In this document: piece by piece, positions 33,137-46,759 of the stretch | How the letters are laid out: each line of letters begins with the position of its first letter | Position numbering within the stretch: the stretch's first letter is position 1 | Assembly: GCA_963804995.1 (NCBI GenBank) | Contig: CAWDSK010000006.1 | Coordinates: 736,001-800,000, forward strand | Length of the DNA: 64,000 bases | Source of the DNA: an uncultured Acidobacteriota bacterium | GTDB lineage: Bacteria > Acidobacteriota > Terriglobia > UBA7540 | Reading direction: 5' to 3' | Position numbers and translations under genes: made by a program | The notes under the pieces: generated by a model | The model's input: only the letters and a program-made list of their open reading frames with translations | The model's database searches: none | What the model was told of the DNA's origin: nothing

Positions 33137-33853
33137 GGCGACCCTCCCTATCCAACGTGAAGATATTGTAACGCATTTCTCGCACACTCCAAATCTGCAG
33201 GGGGACATTATATCCCTCATGTAATTCCATCTTTACAAACAGCTTGACGACACCGTTTTCAAGAGATACATTCTGCGTGTCGGTTGGCTCCGACGTGAGA
33301 CGTGCTTCTTCGGGGCCTCTGACGGGGAGAACGAAAATGGCTCCCCCTGGGTTGATGGCACGCGAGGTTTGTTCCATCGGCAACCGAGCCGAATTGAACG
33401 TCTCACAAGTCAACTCGGATCACACCAGCAGGGTTCTTAAGCATTGCCCCCAAAAGAAAAAGGAGTTCCTTTCCAAGGAGAAACCTCGGCAGAAAAGCAT
33501 CCTCCAGGAAGCACACTGGAAGCACTTCCCTCATGTTCCGCTAGCTATCCCACCTTTTCAACTTCCTAAACAGATTTCGCGCAGAGCAGATCCCAGGCGA
33601 CCCTCCGTCGTCGACAAACTTTTCTCGCGCGCAATTGAGACGCGTGATTTGGAGAGACACGCCACTCCGAGAGGATGCCATTCTCATTCTCTAGAATTGA
33701 CGGTGTGGAGCAAACTGTGCCACGTCCCGCCCGCGCAACATGCTGCGCAGGCGCGGAGAAATACGCTTCTTTAGCGAACGCCGCTCACCTGTGACAAGCT
33801 CGATCGCACGCAGGGTGGGCGGTCGAAAACCCGTCTCACAAGGGAGGAGTGTC

Positions 33854-35167
33854 ATGGAAAATGAAGCCTTGAGTATCGTAGACAAGCGCACAGAAAAGAC
33901 CTATGAGATCCCGATCTACAAGGGAACCGTTCGAGCCATGGATTTGCGCCAGATCAAAACCGGCCCCGACGATTTTGGGTTAATGACTTATGATCCCGCT
34001 TTCATGAACACCGCATCGTGCCAGAGCTCCATCACCTTCATCGATGGCGACAAGGGTATCCTGCGGTATCGGGGGTATCCCATCGACCAACTGGCAGAGA
34101 AGTGCAGCTTTCTTGAAGTTGCCTATCTGGTGCTGAACGGCGAGCTGCCCACCGCGGCGGAATTGAAGGATTTCGTCAGCAACGTCACTCACCACACCAT
34201 GCTGCACGAGACGACCAAGAAATTCCTGGAGGGTTTTCGTTACGATGCCCATCCCATGGGTATGTTTATCAGCACCGTGGCGGCGCTCTCCACGGTGTAC
34301 CCGGAGGCCAGGAATGTGCATGACCCCGAGGTGCGCAAGCTTCAAATCTATCGCCTGATTGGCAAAGTGCCCACCATCGCCGCCTACACCTATCGCCACA
34401 GCCTCGGCTACCCGTACGTTTATCCGGACAACGAACTCAGCTATACCGAGAATTTCATGAACATGCTGTGGAAGATGGCCGAGCCCAAATACCAAGCCAA
34501 TAGCACCCTGGCGCGCGCTCTCGATATCCTGTTTATCCTGCACGCCGATCACGAACAAAACTGCAGCGCCAACGCCATGCGGGCGGTGGGTAGCTCGCAG
34601 GCGGACCCGTTTGTGGCAACGGCCGCCGCGGCCGCCGCGCTCTCCGGCCCGCTGCACGGCGGCGCCAACGAAGAAGTCCTGAAGATGCTCGATGAGATTG
34701 GCTCCACGGATCACATCCCCGCCTACATCGAGCGCGTGAAGACCGGGCAGGTCAAGCTGATGGGCTTCGGCCACCGGATCTACAAGAATTATGACCCCCG
34801 CGCCCGGATCATCAAGTGGGCGGCCGATCAAGTCTTCCAGGTCACGGGCAGGAACCGGAGGCTCGACATCGCTTTGGAACTGGAGCGGATCGCGCTGCAA
34901 GATGAGTACTTCATCAAGCGAAAGCTCTACCCCAATGTGGATTTCTATTCGGGCATCATCTACCAGGCGATGGGGTTCAAGCCGGAAATCTTCACGGTGT
35001 TGTTCGCCATTCCGCGCACCGCGGGGTGGCTGGCCCAATGGCAGGAAATGCTGCAGGACCCCGAACAGAAGATTGCACGTCCACGACAGATCTTCACTGG
35101 TCACGACGTGCGAGATTTCGTCCCGATAGAGAAGCGCGGGGCCAAGGAATTCCCTGCGGCCGCATAG
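33854..35167 (+). CDS. gltA: Citrate synthase
   Basis: YRGYPI, LHADHEQN, GPLHGGANE, GFGHRIYKNYDPR, YPNVDFYSG. Confidence 0.96.
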   Translation: MENEALSIVDKRTEKTYEIPIYKGTVRAMDLRQIKTGPDDFGLMTYDPAFMNTASCQSSITFIDGDKGILRYRGYPIDQLAEKCSFLEVAYLVLNGELPTAAELKDFVSNVTHHTMLHETTKKFLEGFRYDAHPMGMFISTVAALSTVYPEARNVHDPEVRKLQIYRLIGKVPTIAAYTYRHSLGYPYVYPDNELSYTENFMNMLWKMAEPKYQANSTLARALDILFILHADHEQNCSANAMRAVGSSQADPFVATAAAAAALSGPLHGGANEEVLKMLDEIGSTDHIPAYIERVKTGQVKLMGFGHRIYKNYDPRARIIKWAADQVFQVTGRNRRLDIALELERIALQDEYFIKRKLYPNVDFYSGIIYQAMGFKPEIFTVLFAIPRTAGWLAQWQEMLQDPEQKIARPRQIFTGHDVRDFVPIEKRGAKEFPAAA

Positions 35168-35183
35168 GCTGCACTTCCACTCT

Positions 35184-35229
35184 GGCATGACAACCCCTCC
35201 GCGGGCCCGTCCGCGGAGGGGTGCATGCC
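35184..35229. other. Strong intergenic hairpin between gltA and icd
   Basis: ggcatg...cccctccgcgg-gcccgt-ccgcggagggg...catgcc; no U-tract. Confidence 0.55.
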
Positions 35230-35289
35230 TTGGAGCAACGCTGATTGCCTAGCTCAGACCGGCAAGGAAGTTCGTTCTTGGAGGTGAGC

Positions 35290-37506
<2,217 letters not shown>

Positions 37507-37772
37507 GTGGCTGGGCGGTTCTAGCCTCGGTGTCGCTGGAGCCTTTTTACTGGATCTGGAGTCAAGAGCCGGAGTGTGGGGTTTGCCCAGAAGAGCATGC
37601 GTTACAAAGGCTTATAGTTGTTGATACTGCTTTACTGGCGCGAAAAACATCATTTTCTGCTGATCAACCGGTCAAAATGGCCGGGAGAATGCTAGAAATG
37701 CTGTGGGGCGCTCCAAGTCGGACAATTTGCCCTCGAAGATTCGGAAAATGACGCTCTGCTGTCGAGGTTCAA

Positions 37773-37924
37773 ATGCCTGAAGCTCCCGCAGCATCGAAAG
37801 CCAGAAAGTTCCGCGGTCAAGTCTTTATTGACTGGACCCGTTGCAAAGGCTGCGGCTTCTGCATCGATTTCTGCCCGCCGAAAATCCTGGCTTTATCGGA
37901 GGAGTTCAACAGCCATGGGTACCC
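37773..37924 (+). pseudogene. Truncated 4Fe-4S ferredoxin (2-oxoacid:ferredoxin oxidoreductase delta-like)
   Basis: CKGCGFCIDFCP...FNSHGYP, cut by an IS end at 37925; second Cys cluster absent. Confidence 0.75.
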
Positions 37925-39270
37925 TGTCCACTCGAAAAACCTTAAAGCCACAGATTCCTTGATGAGCGTTGCGGTACTGCAACGGTGGATGAACAAGAAT
38001 CTCTCACATGCACTGTCCTTCGGTAGTGACTCTCGTCTTCGCAGCGTTATTGTGATTGTGCGATCCCTAAGAAGATTATGCTGCCACCCGGATGTAACGG
38101 TGATGCAGGCCGCCTACAACTGGAACGGAAACAAGCCTGCTCGGCTCTGTGACGGGCTCAGGCTCATTGGTGCGAAAGGGCGTCTCGCCGTCCAAACCAT
38201 AATGCGGCCTGGCGATGTGATAATACTCTTTGATGTATTCCCTCAGCAGTCGTTTTAGGTGTTCTTCACTGAGAATCATGACGTGATCCAACAGCTCCCG
38301 CCGCAGGGTGCCGCCATACCTTTCGACGAATGGATTTTGCCAGGGACAGCGAAAGGCAGTTCTAACTTCTTCGATGCCCGTTCCCTTTAGGAATCGACCC
38401 ACCTCATCTCCATAAACTGCGTCATTATCCCGGAATAGGTAAGTGGGCTGGATGCCAAAGGGCATCGCCTCGCGCAGCTGCTGGATCACCCAAGCCATCG
38501 TGGGACGAGCCGTCACAGCTACGTGTACCACCTGACGACGGGCATGATTGAGGATCACGAAGACATAAAGGATTTGGAATCGAATGGTGGGCACAGTGAA
38601 AAAGTCCATTCCCCAGCTGACGTCCGTATGATTGCGCAGGAAGGTCAGCCAGTTCTGGGACTTCTCCATCCCTCCTTTAGGCTTGACCATGTACTTGCGA
38701 ATCGTATCCGGGCAGGGAGGATCGAAACCGAGAAGCAGCAAATGCCCATGAATCCTTTCGGCACTCCACAGCACGTTTTCGCCACTGAGTTGTCGGATCA
38801 GAACGCGCATTTCCTGGCTGATTAGGGGGCGCCCTCCCACGCCCCGCGATTTCCAGCGCCACCACAGGCGAAAACCTCTCGTATGCCATTTGAGAACAGT
38901 CTTTGGCTGCATCAAGTCTGCGACAGGTTTCCACCCCCTCCAAACCACGGACAACAGCACCCACAGCAGACGAAAAGCCGGGGTGAACCGGGGTCGGGTC
39001 TGTTTCTTTTGCCGGATACTTTCTTTGTAAAAGCTGAGCTGACTTCGAATGGCCACCAACTCACATCCCAGTGAGGCGCGGCTGCGGAAGAAGGCCGAGA
39101 CAAAGATCAGTGCATAATGGATGACCTCTTGCCCGAATCGCAGAAACGAGAGGGGCTGCCGACAGAGATTCTGGATTGTTTTCATGCTCAAAGATGGTAA
39201 TCGTTAGGCAGGCTTTGCAACCTTTCTAATTCCTTGGACCTAAAGGGATATGAAGTATTTCGGGTAGACA
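37925..39270 (-). mobile_element. TGT...ACA-ended DDE IS, apparently intact
   Basis: TIRs tgtccactcgaaaaac / gtatttcgggtagaca. Confidence 0.85.
38076..39191 (-). CDS. Integrase-core transposase
   Basis: WSAERIHG, MDFFTVPT, RDNDAVY, PWQNPFVER, GGLHHRY. Confidence 0.9.
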   Translation of the reverse strand: MSMKTIQNLCRQPLSFLRFGQEVIHYALIFVSAFFRSRASLGCELVAIRSQLSFYKESIRQKKQTRPRFTPAFRLLWVLLSVVWRGWKPVADLMQPKTVLKWHTRGFRLWWRWKSRGVGGRPLISQEMRVLIRQLSGENVLWSAERIHGHLLLLGFDPPCPDTIRKYMVKPKGGMEKSQNWLTFLRNHTDVSWGMDFFTVPTIRFQILYVFVILNHARRQVVHVAVTARPTMAWVIQQLREAMPFGIQPTYLFRDNDAVYGDEVGRFLKGTGIEEVRTAFRCPWQNPFVERYGGTLRRELLDHVMILSEEHLKRLLREYIKEYYHIARPHYGLDGETPFRTNEPEPVTEPSRLVSVPVVGGLHHRYIRVAA

Positions 39271-39567
39271 CCCCCTGCTGGCCTCCCCACAGTCAGCTTT
39301 ATGCTTTCCATAGATTTCTTTTGTTGGCTTCCCTTGGATTACTAATGGTACTATGGTCTCAACGTATGTTAGAGCACACCCAAACTCGCACTTCTCGTTC
39401 CATTCCGCCGTCTCTCGCTCTTTCGATTACCATCCTCATTATTGGGGTCGTGGTGTCTCGCCCCGTCTGATAGCTTTCGAAGTTAAGTTTAGAGGCCATC
39501 AGCGGGGAAAGACAAACCGCCTGATGGCTTTTTTCGTTTTGGTTCATGTTTTGAGGAGGAGAAGCCG

Positions 39568-41694
39568 ATGCCGAATATGAGGACAGGTGCAGAAATCCTC
39601 TTGGAGTGTTTGGCCCGAGAAGGGGTGAAGGACATCTTCGGCTTTCCGGGGGGCGCCACCTTGCCGCTCTACGATGCTCTTTACGACCACGGCATCCGCC
39701 ATGTGTTGATGCGGCACGAGGAGAACGCCTGCTTTGCCGCTGAAGGGTATGCGCGCGCTTCCGGTAAAGTTGGCGTGTGCTGCGCCACATCCGGCCCGGG
39801 CGCCACTAACCTGGTGACCGGCCTGGCGGACGCTTATTTGGATTCCATCCCCATCGTCGCCATCACCGGCCAGGTCTCAACAAAAGTCCTGGGGACCACG
39901 GCCTTCCAGGAAGCGGATACCTTCAGCATCTCACTCCCCTGCACCAAGCACAATTACCAGGTTCGGAAGATTGAGGACTTGCCCCGCGTAATACATGAAG
40001 CGTTCCACATTGCCTCAACGGGACGTCCAGGTCCTGTCCTCATTGACATCCCCAAGGACGTTCAACAGTCGAAAGCTCAGTTCGTCCCCTGCGATGAGCT
40101 CGACCTTCCGGGGTACAAAGTCCCAGCGGACGGCAATCCCGCGTACATCCAACAGGCTGGTCAGTTGATCTGGGCGTCCGAGCGCCCCATCGTCTACGCC
40201 GGAGGCGGAATTGTTTCGGCCGGAGCGGCTGCGGAGTTACAAGAGTTCGTCGGGTTCCTTGATGCCCCCACGGTTTGCACCCTCATGGGCCTGGGGGGAT
40301 TACCCGCCGACGATCCGAATTTCGTGAGTATGCCCGGCATGCACGGGAGTTACGCTGCCAACATGGGCCTGACTCATGCCGACCTGCTGATTGCCCTCGG
40401 GGTGCGCTTTGACGATCGCGTGACCGGAAAGCTTTCCACTTTTGCTCCACATTCCAAGGTCATTCATGTGGATATCGACGCCTCCGAACTCGGTAAAAAC
40501 CGCAGCGCGGATATCTCGATCACAGGGGACGTAAAATGCGTGCTACGACAGTTGAACCATTACCTCAGGGAAACGAAGTCCCAGTATGCTGAGGAATGTG
40601 CCCGTGAGCGTAAGGCCTGGCGTGTTCAAGTGCGAGGTTGGAAGGCCCAGTATCCGCTGAGCACCCCGGCGTCCGACGAGGTGATCAAGCCGCAACACCT
40701 GATGGCGGAAATCGACAGGGTGTCTGCGGGCGCCGCGCTGGTCTGTTCTGATGTGGGGCAGCACCAAATGTGGGCCGCACAACTGATCCGCTTCAATGAG
40801 CCGCGCCTGTGGCTCAACTCCGGGGGCCTGGGATCCATGGGTTTTGGTTTGCCCGCCGCCATCGGAGCGCAGATTGCCTGTCCGGATAAGCCGGTATTTG
40901 CCCTGGTTGGTGATGGCGGCTTCCAGATGTCCATCCCGGAACTAGCCACTGTGGCTAATTACGCCTTGCCCATCAAGATCGTGGTCATGAATAACGGCCA
41001 CCTGGGAATGGTGCGCCAGTGGCAAGAACTGTTCCATCACAACCGGCTGAGCGCCGTTAAGCTCAACACCTTCCCGGATGCACCGAAACTCGCCGAGGCC
41101 TATGGCCTGCGGGGATTCAATATCGACAGCCCCTCGATGCTGACCCAAGTCCTGCGGGACGCCGCCAGCGCGCCCGGCCCGTGCCTTCTCAATGTAAAAG
41201 TAGCGCCTTTCGAAAACGTCTACCCCATGGTGCCCTCGGGCGCGGGAATCCACGAGATGGTCTTGGGACCAGAAGAACGGAGCGGTGAGCTTACCTCGCC
41301 AGCAGCCGCGGCCTTACCCCAGGGGCAGCGTGATGAGGCTGCTCTGCCCGCGCAAAAGTCCTTTGCCCTGCTGGTGGAAAACCTCCCCGGAGCCCTGCAA
41401 AGAATCCTTACCATCATCACGACCCAGGGCTGCGCTGTCCGGAGCCTCTTCGCCGTTCCGACGGGGGTATCGGACCATTTAAAGGTTACCATCGCGCTCC
41501 AAGGTGATGAGATAGCATTGTCGCGAGTGGCCAAAAGAGTAAGTCAACTGGTTAACGTCCTGGAATTGTTGGAACCGCCGCTAGAAGTTTTGCCCAGCCA
41601 GGTGGAGGCGTTGGACCTGCAACTTCGAGGGGAGAGCAAGAAACCCCAATCCACCGCAAGAAAGGATTGCGATAGTGGCGTAAGCGCTGCCTGA
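39568..41694 (+). CDS. ilvB: Acetolactate synthase large subunit fused to a C-terminal ACT domain
   Basis: RHEE, TSGPGATN, RFDDRVTG, DVGQHQMW, GDGGFQM, LGMVRQWQ; tail LVENLPGALQRI...VSQLVNV. Confidence 0.9.
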   Translation: MPNMRTGAEILLECLAREGVKDIFGFPGGATLPLYDALYDHGIRHVLMRHEENACFAAEGYARASGKVGVCCATSGPGATNLVTGLADAYLDSIPIVAITGQVSTKVLGTTAFQEADTFSISLPCTKHNYQVRKIEDLPRVIHEAFHIASTGRPGPVLIDIPKDVQQSKAQFVPCDELDLPGYKVPADGNPAYIQQAGQLIWASERPIVYAGGGIVSAGAAAELQEFVGFLDAPTVCTLMGLGGLPADDPNFVSMPGMHGSYAANMGLTHADLLIALGVRFDDRVTGKLSTFAPHSKVIHVDIDASELGKNRSADISITGDVKCVLRQLNHYLRETKSQYAEECARERKAWRVQVRGWKAQYPLSTPASDEVIKPQHLMAEIDRVSAGAALVCSDVGQHQMWAAQLIRFNEPRLWLNSGGLGSMGFGLPAAIGAQIACPDKPVFALVGDGGFQMSIPELATVANYALPIKIVVMNNGHLGMVRQWQELFHHNRLSAVKLNTFPDAPKLAEAYGLRGFNIDSPSMLTQVLRDAASAPGPCLLNVKVAPFENVYPMVPSGAGIHEMVLGPEERSGELTSPAAAALPQGQRDEAALPAQKSFALLVENLPGALQRILTIITTQGCAVRSLFAVPTGVSDHLKVTIALQGDEIALSRVAKRVSQLVNVLELLEPPLEVLPSQVEALDLQLRGESKKPQSTARKDCDSGVSAA

Positions 41695-41738
41695 CGAATC
41701 GGGAAGCAGTTCGACCCATTCCCACCGCGGGGTAGACC

Positions 41739-43052
41739 TGTCCCTGCCAAAAACTCGATCGACCGCAAAGAGCGGCTAATTCGCAGCGTGTCAAAGGGTC
41801 GAGGGAGTTGCTGGGCGGACGCGGCCTCCAGATTTCATGGCGGTGCGAGTGCGGGGAAGGTTCTGTTCCCAGCGGGAGGGAGGCTTCACCGGTCTCGGCC
41901 GACTCCAGTGGGAACACACCCCTCTTGAGTCTGTGAACAATTCTTCAAGCCGCCCGCCGTTCGTAGCGGTGATGCAGTCCACCCACTTCCCGCAGTTCAA
42001 CGACGGACCCCAGCTCCGGCGGTTGAACCGGTCTGCTCTCCGGTGCATCTTTATCCAACGACAAGTGAGTGCGGGCCCGGTGGTAGTAAGCGAAATACAA
42101 CTTGAGCCTCTGGCGCAGAGACTCCTCGTTGAGTACGATGAGGTGATCCAGGCACTCCCGTCGAACGGATCCGATCAGGCGCTCCACATAGGGACTCTGC
42201 CATGGCGACCTCGGGGCCGTCATGACTTCGCGAATCGCCATCCCTCGGACTCTTTGCCGGAAGACGTCGCCATGGATGCTATCGCGATCACGGAGCAGAT
42301 AGCGTGGGGCCGTATCCCAAGGGAAGGCCTCGACAACCTGTTGCGCCGTCCATTCCGAGGTGGGATGGGCAGTAACGTTGAAATGAATCACGCGGCGCCG
42401 CTGATGGGCCAAGACCACAAAGACAAAGAGGATTCGAAAGTTCACCGTCGGCACGACGAAGAAATCCGTGGAGACCAATTGCTTCAGGTGAATATCGAGG
42501 AACGTACGCCACGTCTGGGAGGGTGGTCTTCGGTGACGCTCCATGTACTTGGCAGCGGTGGCTTGAGATAATTCAATTCCGAGCTTCAGGAGCTCGCCAT
42601 GGATGCTTGGTGCTCCCCAGCGCGGATTCGCCAGGCTCATCTTCCGGATGAGGTCCCGAACCTCACGAGACACTTCAGGCCTTCCCGGCCTACCCGGTCT
42701 ACTCTTCCATGTCCAATACAGGCGGAATCCCCGGCGATGCCAGGCAATAACCGTTTCCGGCTTGACGATGATGAGCGCAGAACGCCAGCCGGGCCAGAGG
42801 TACAGCAGCCATGTCCACAAGAGGCGGTCCACCTCCGTGAGTCGAACGCGCCCACGCTGCGACCTTCGGAGCACGTTTATCTGGTGGCGGAGGGGCAAGA
42901 ATCTCCAACTGCAAGGCCGCCCGGGTTTGGAAGCAGGAGCGGAGAGTGCCCAGGAAGGAAAAGAATAGGGTAAACATGGGAGCGGGAAGCTTAGCAGTGG
43001 GAGCCAACCAACATCAATGATTTCAATCCGGACGGAGTTTTTGGCAGGTACA
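41739..43052 (-). mobile_element. TGT...ACA-ended DDE IS
   Basis: TIRs tgtccctgccaaaaactc / gagtttttggcaggtaca. Confidence 0.88.
41945..42977 (-). CDS. Integrase-core transposase; frameshift near 42895
   Basis: MFTLFFSF...LEILA / LRHQINVL, WGAPSIHGEL, DFFVVPT, SPWQSPYVER, GGLHHRY. Confidence 0.85.
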
Positions 43053-44247
43053 GGTTACGCCGAGCAGTTCGACGATTTCCGCTCGCGTCGTCTCCCGCCG
43101 CCGTGCTCGCTGAGCGCAAGCACGATCCTGCTCTCCTGGGGCGAAAGAGACCGGGTTGTGAAAGCCGTGTCATTCTCCGTTGCAAAGCCCCCCGAAAGAG
43201 GGGGTTTTGATGAACCTTATAGCAATGCTCATGCCTCTGTCATGCAGCTTTAGTCGCCGTCCTGAGTGGGGCATATGCGATGAACATTGCTCAATTTCTT
43301 TTGCAGAGCGTCTCGGGAAAGTGAGTGGCTTTGGCTGCATTAGACTGTACGCGCCTGCTCTCGCACGGTCGCACATTAGGTAAGATAATCTCCATGAAGG
43401 CACCATGAACAGGCCCAATCCGCTCGTGGGGATATCCAGCTGAAATCGGCGATGAGATAGGGGGCTCCGTAAAACCTCTGGTGGTTCAAGCTCTCCGGCC
43501 TTCGAGATGTCGACGGTGCGTGCAAGTGGCGCCGTTTGCCGGGTCCTTCGGGCGAAATGGTGTATTGACGCGGAGATTGCCAAAGTTACACACGGGACTG
43601 CGGGCCTGACAACTGAATCGAAACCGTTATTTCCTCCTGGACACCATTTGGGGCGACGAGGAGTGTATCAGATGGGATTCTGTTGAGATTTCTAGAAATT
43701 GGCAGCTACAAAATCGACTACGGTAGGTCCTCCCCGAGCCAAAGAACAGCCAGGAAACGCTTGATCCTACAAGTGTTCTGCTGCAACCCAGCCCATAGGC
43801 CAACGGTTTCCCAAACCGTTTATCTAGGCTGAGAACGTTCCATGCATGCTGCTGCCTGTTTGCCACCAAAATTCCGTGCCACCTAAGAATTAGCGCCAGA
43901 CTCTCCGTCGATCGAATCAAGGCCCGATTCTTTTTTTGTGTTTGATTGAGACCGCGAAGCCTATTGAAGTCCACGCAAACGGAGTTTTTGATAGGAACAG
44001 GAACTCAGGGCGGCAAGAACGGAAACAGATAGCGCGAACATAGGAACGGGAGCTTACCAGTCGCGGCGGGACAAGATCAATTGATTCAATGCGGACGAAG
44101 TTTTTGGTAACCACGACTTGACGTTAGCCCGAATATTGAGCGGCGTGCGAATTCCCCACTCGATCGGCTTGGACGCAGCTTTGAGGATATAAGCTCAAGA
44201 CGCGAGCAGCTAGTGTACAATAGATAAGTACAGTTCATACTCCATAT

Positions 44248-44356
44248 GGTGGTGTCTCAGTTTGCTGTAGCGGCGCTCTATGAGCGCCGGAACTCATTGA
44301 AGAAGAACCGGCGGTCATAGACCGCCGCTACAAAAAAATCAAACTGAGACACTACC
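44248..44356. mobile_element. MITE carrying a GTAG-type REP doublet
   Basis: TIRs ggtggtgtctcagtttg / caaactgagacactacc; flanking tccatat repeated; inner gtagcggcgctctatgagcgccg / cggcggtcatagaccgccgctac. Confidence 0.8.
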
Positions 44357-44557
44357 TTCCATATGTGTCGTGCGACCGGCGAGCATTGCCACCCTCAGCG
44401 TTAAGACCATAAAGAGCAGTGTCACCCATCGTAAACCGTGGTTGAGTTCCACGAATTGTCGTTTTGGTCCTTCGATAGGAGCGTCCACGGCCTCTTCGCG
44501 GTAAGGGGCTTAGGAAACGGAAGGCTGATTTCAGCCGTCCGTTCAGGGGAGAAACCT

Positions 44558-46273
44558 TTGTCGCTTGTGCTTCAGAAAGAGGATGACCGGGTCCGCAACC
44601 TCATCAACTTGGGCAAGGAACGCGGCTATGTCTCTTATGACAAGGTCATCGACATCCTGCCAAGCGAGACGCGCACACCGGCGGAGATCGACAGCCGGTT
44701 CTCCGAATTCGAGCGCCACAACGTCCACGTCTACGAAGACGCTTCGGTGGCCAAGGCTGCTTCCGGTCCGCTCGGGAATACTGAACCCGTGGAATTCGAA
44801 ATGCCGGAAAATCCCGCCCGCGGTGAAGATGCTGAGATCGACGAGACCGCACCCCTTGTGGACAAGGCCAACGATCTGGTGGGGCTATATCTCCGCGAGA
44901 TGGGCAGCGTACCGCTGTTAAAGCGGGAAGATGAGGTGGCTATCGCCAAACGCATGGAGCGTGGCCACGGGTTGGTGCTCAAAACAATTTCCCGTTCTCC
45001 CCTTGTGCTCAAAGAGCTCATCGGAATGGGCAAGGAGATCCGCAACGGTACGCGTTCGATTCGAGAGGTTGTCCAGTTTGATGACGAAGACTTGAGGGTG
45101 GAGAAAATCGCGAAGAAGACCCACCTCACGCTGCGGATCATCGATAAGATTGAAAAGGTCTACGCTGCGGGGCTTGAGCAGGCGGCTTGGCTAAATAACC
45201 TTCCGAGGTCAAGCCTATCTGCTCACCTGCGGGCTCGTCGCCGGTTGTCGCGGACGCGGGTTGAGCTGTCGCGACTGGCTTGCTCGATTGGGCTCCACCC
45301 GCTCGAAAAGAAGCGCCTGATTGACAAGTTGCGGCACACGGTCGAGCGGATTGATTCGTTGGGGCGTGAGTCCACCCGCCTTGAACGGCGCGCCGGCTCA
45401 ACTGGCGGGAAGGTCGCCGCATTGCGCAAGGATGTGCGCTCGCGCCGCTCGCAGCTAAAAGCGATCGAGGAATCGAGCGAGGTCGGGCTCACCGCCCTGA
45501 AACGTTCGCTCGTTCTGATCCGGCGCGGCGAGGCTGACGCCGAAGGAGCGAAGAAGGAACTGACCGAGGCAAACCTTCGCCTCGTGGTGTCCATCGCCAA
45601 GAAGTACGCGAACCGGGGCCTGGAGTTTCTCGACCTGATCCAGGAAGGGAATATCGGCCTGATGAGGGGAGCTGACAAATTCGACTGGCGTCGCGGGTAC
45701 AAATTCTCCACCTATGCCACAGGGTGGATTCATCAGGCGGTCTTGCGGGCGATCGCCGATAAGGCGCGCACGATTCGAGTGCCTGTACACATGTTCACGG
45801 CGATCAATAAGCAGATTCGCACCAGCCGGCAACTCGTACAGGAACTAGGCCGCGAGCCCACGTCCGAAGAGATCGCCCAGCGCTTGGAGGTACCTGTTGA
45901 AAAGGTGTGCAGCACCAAGAAAGTTTCGCAGCTGCCCGTGTCTTTGGGGACGCCCATTGGGAAGGACGGAGAGTCGGCCCTGGGTGACTTAATCGAGGAT
46001 AAGGCTTCGGTATCGCCGTCGGATGCGGTCATCCAGCTCAACCTGAAGGAACGGGTGGCATCCATGCTGAAGACGCTCACGGCTCGCGAGGAAGCAATTA
46101 TCCGCATGCGGTTTGGCCTGGACAATGACAGCGAGTGCACTCTTGAGGAAGTCGGGCGGACCTTCACCGTTACTCGCGAGCGCATCCGCCAGATCGAAGC
46201 CAAGGCGCTGCGAAAACTCCGCCATCCGTCGCGGTCGGGCCCTTTCCGGCTCTTTGTCCAAACCTCTTTGTAA
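44558..46273 (+). CDS. RpoD-like sigma70 factor, divergent paralog
   Basis: Region 1.1 ([10 protein letters not shown]), 1.2 (YLREMG), 2 ([23 protein letters not shown]), 4.2 (TLEEVG...[21 protein letters not shown]); TTG start after GGGGAG. Confidence 0.9.
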   Translation: MSLVLQKEDDRVRNLINLGKERGYVSYDKVIDILPSETRTPAEIDSRFSEFERHNVHVYEDASVAKAASGPLGNTEPVEFEMPENPARGEDAEIDETAPLVDKANDLVGLYLREMGSVPLLKREDEVAIAKRMERGHGLVLKTISRSPLVLKELIGMGKEIRNGTRSIREVVQFDDEDLRVEKIAKKTHLTLRIIDKIEKVYAAGLEQAAWLNNLPRSSLSAHLRARRRLSRTRVELSRLACSIGLHPLEKKRLIDKLRHTVERIDSLGRESTRLERRAGSTGGKVAALRKDVRSRRSQLKAIEESSEVGLTALKRSLVLIRRGEADAEGAKKELTEANLRLVVSIAKKYANRGLEFLDLIQEGNIGLMRGADKFDWRRGYKFSTYATGWIHQAVLRAIADKARTIRVPVHMFTAINKQIRTSRQLVQELGREPTSEEIAQRLEVPVEKVCSTKKVSQLPVSLGTPIGKDGESALGDLIEDKASVSPSDAVIQLNLKERVASMLKTLTAREEAIIRMRFGLDNDSECTLEEVGRTFTVTRERIRQIEAKALRKLRHPSRSGPFRLFVQTSL

Positions 46274-46348
46274 GACAAACCTGGAGGCGGCAGCGCCAGT
46301 GCTCGAGATTGTGCGCCTCCGGAGATGTAGGGTAGTCAAGGGGAAAAA

Positions 46349-46702
46349 ATGAAAAACCTCTTTGTTGGCAATCTGAGGTTCCAAACGACGGAAAGCGATT
46401 TGACCGAGCTGTTCAAGGCGTTCGGGCAGGTTACGCGGGTCCACGTAGCGATGGATCGGGAGACTGGCCGAGCCCGCGGTTTTGCCTTCGTGGAAATGCC
46501 CAATGATGAAGAAGCGGCCAAGGCGATTGCGGGCCTTGATGGAAAAGAGATCGGGGGCCGCGCGCTTAAGGTGAACGAAGCACGTCCCAAGACGGAGCGG
46601 ACCGCACCGCGTAGCAGTGGGGGTGGAGGGCGAAGAATGGGCGGATTCTCAAACGAAGATTACCGCGAAGCCCCGCGCCAGCCGCGTGAACCTCGCTGGT
46701 AG
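46349..46702 (+). CDS. RRM RNA-binding protein
   Basis: RNP2 LFVGNL, RNP1 RGFAFVEM, LKVNEARP, Gly/Arg tail. Confidence 0.95.
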   Translation: MKNLFVGNLRFQTTESDLTELFKAFGQVTRVHVAMDRETGRARGFAFVEMPNDEEAAKAIAGLDGKEIGGRALKVNEARPKTERTAPRSSGGGGRRMGGFSNEDYREAPRQPREPRW

Positions 46703-46759
46703 TCCCAAACGAAACGTTTGGGGTATTGCCAGCTTACATTCGGATTTGAAGGAGACCCG

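Noticed and set aside
37773..38258. 161-aa ferredoxin ORF
   Set aside because: Chimeric read-through into IS sequence after 37924
43180..43212. c-di-GMP-I riboswitch (gcaaa...gaaa hairpin)
   Set aside because: The following GACGCAAAGC and second stem are missing; better explained as an operator or terminator
43630..43650. attR copy of the tRNA 3' end (cctggacacca; similar text at 59585-59595)
   Set aside because: Does not match the tRNA-Phe end (cccgcggcacca) beyond cacca
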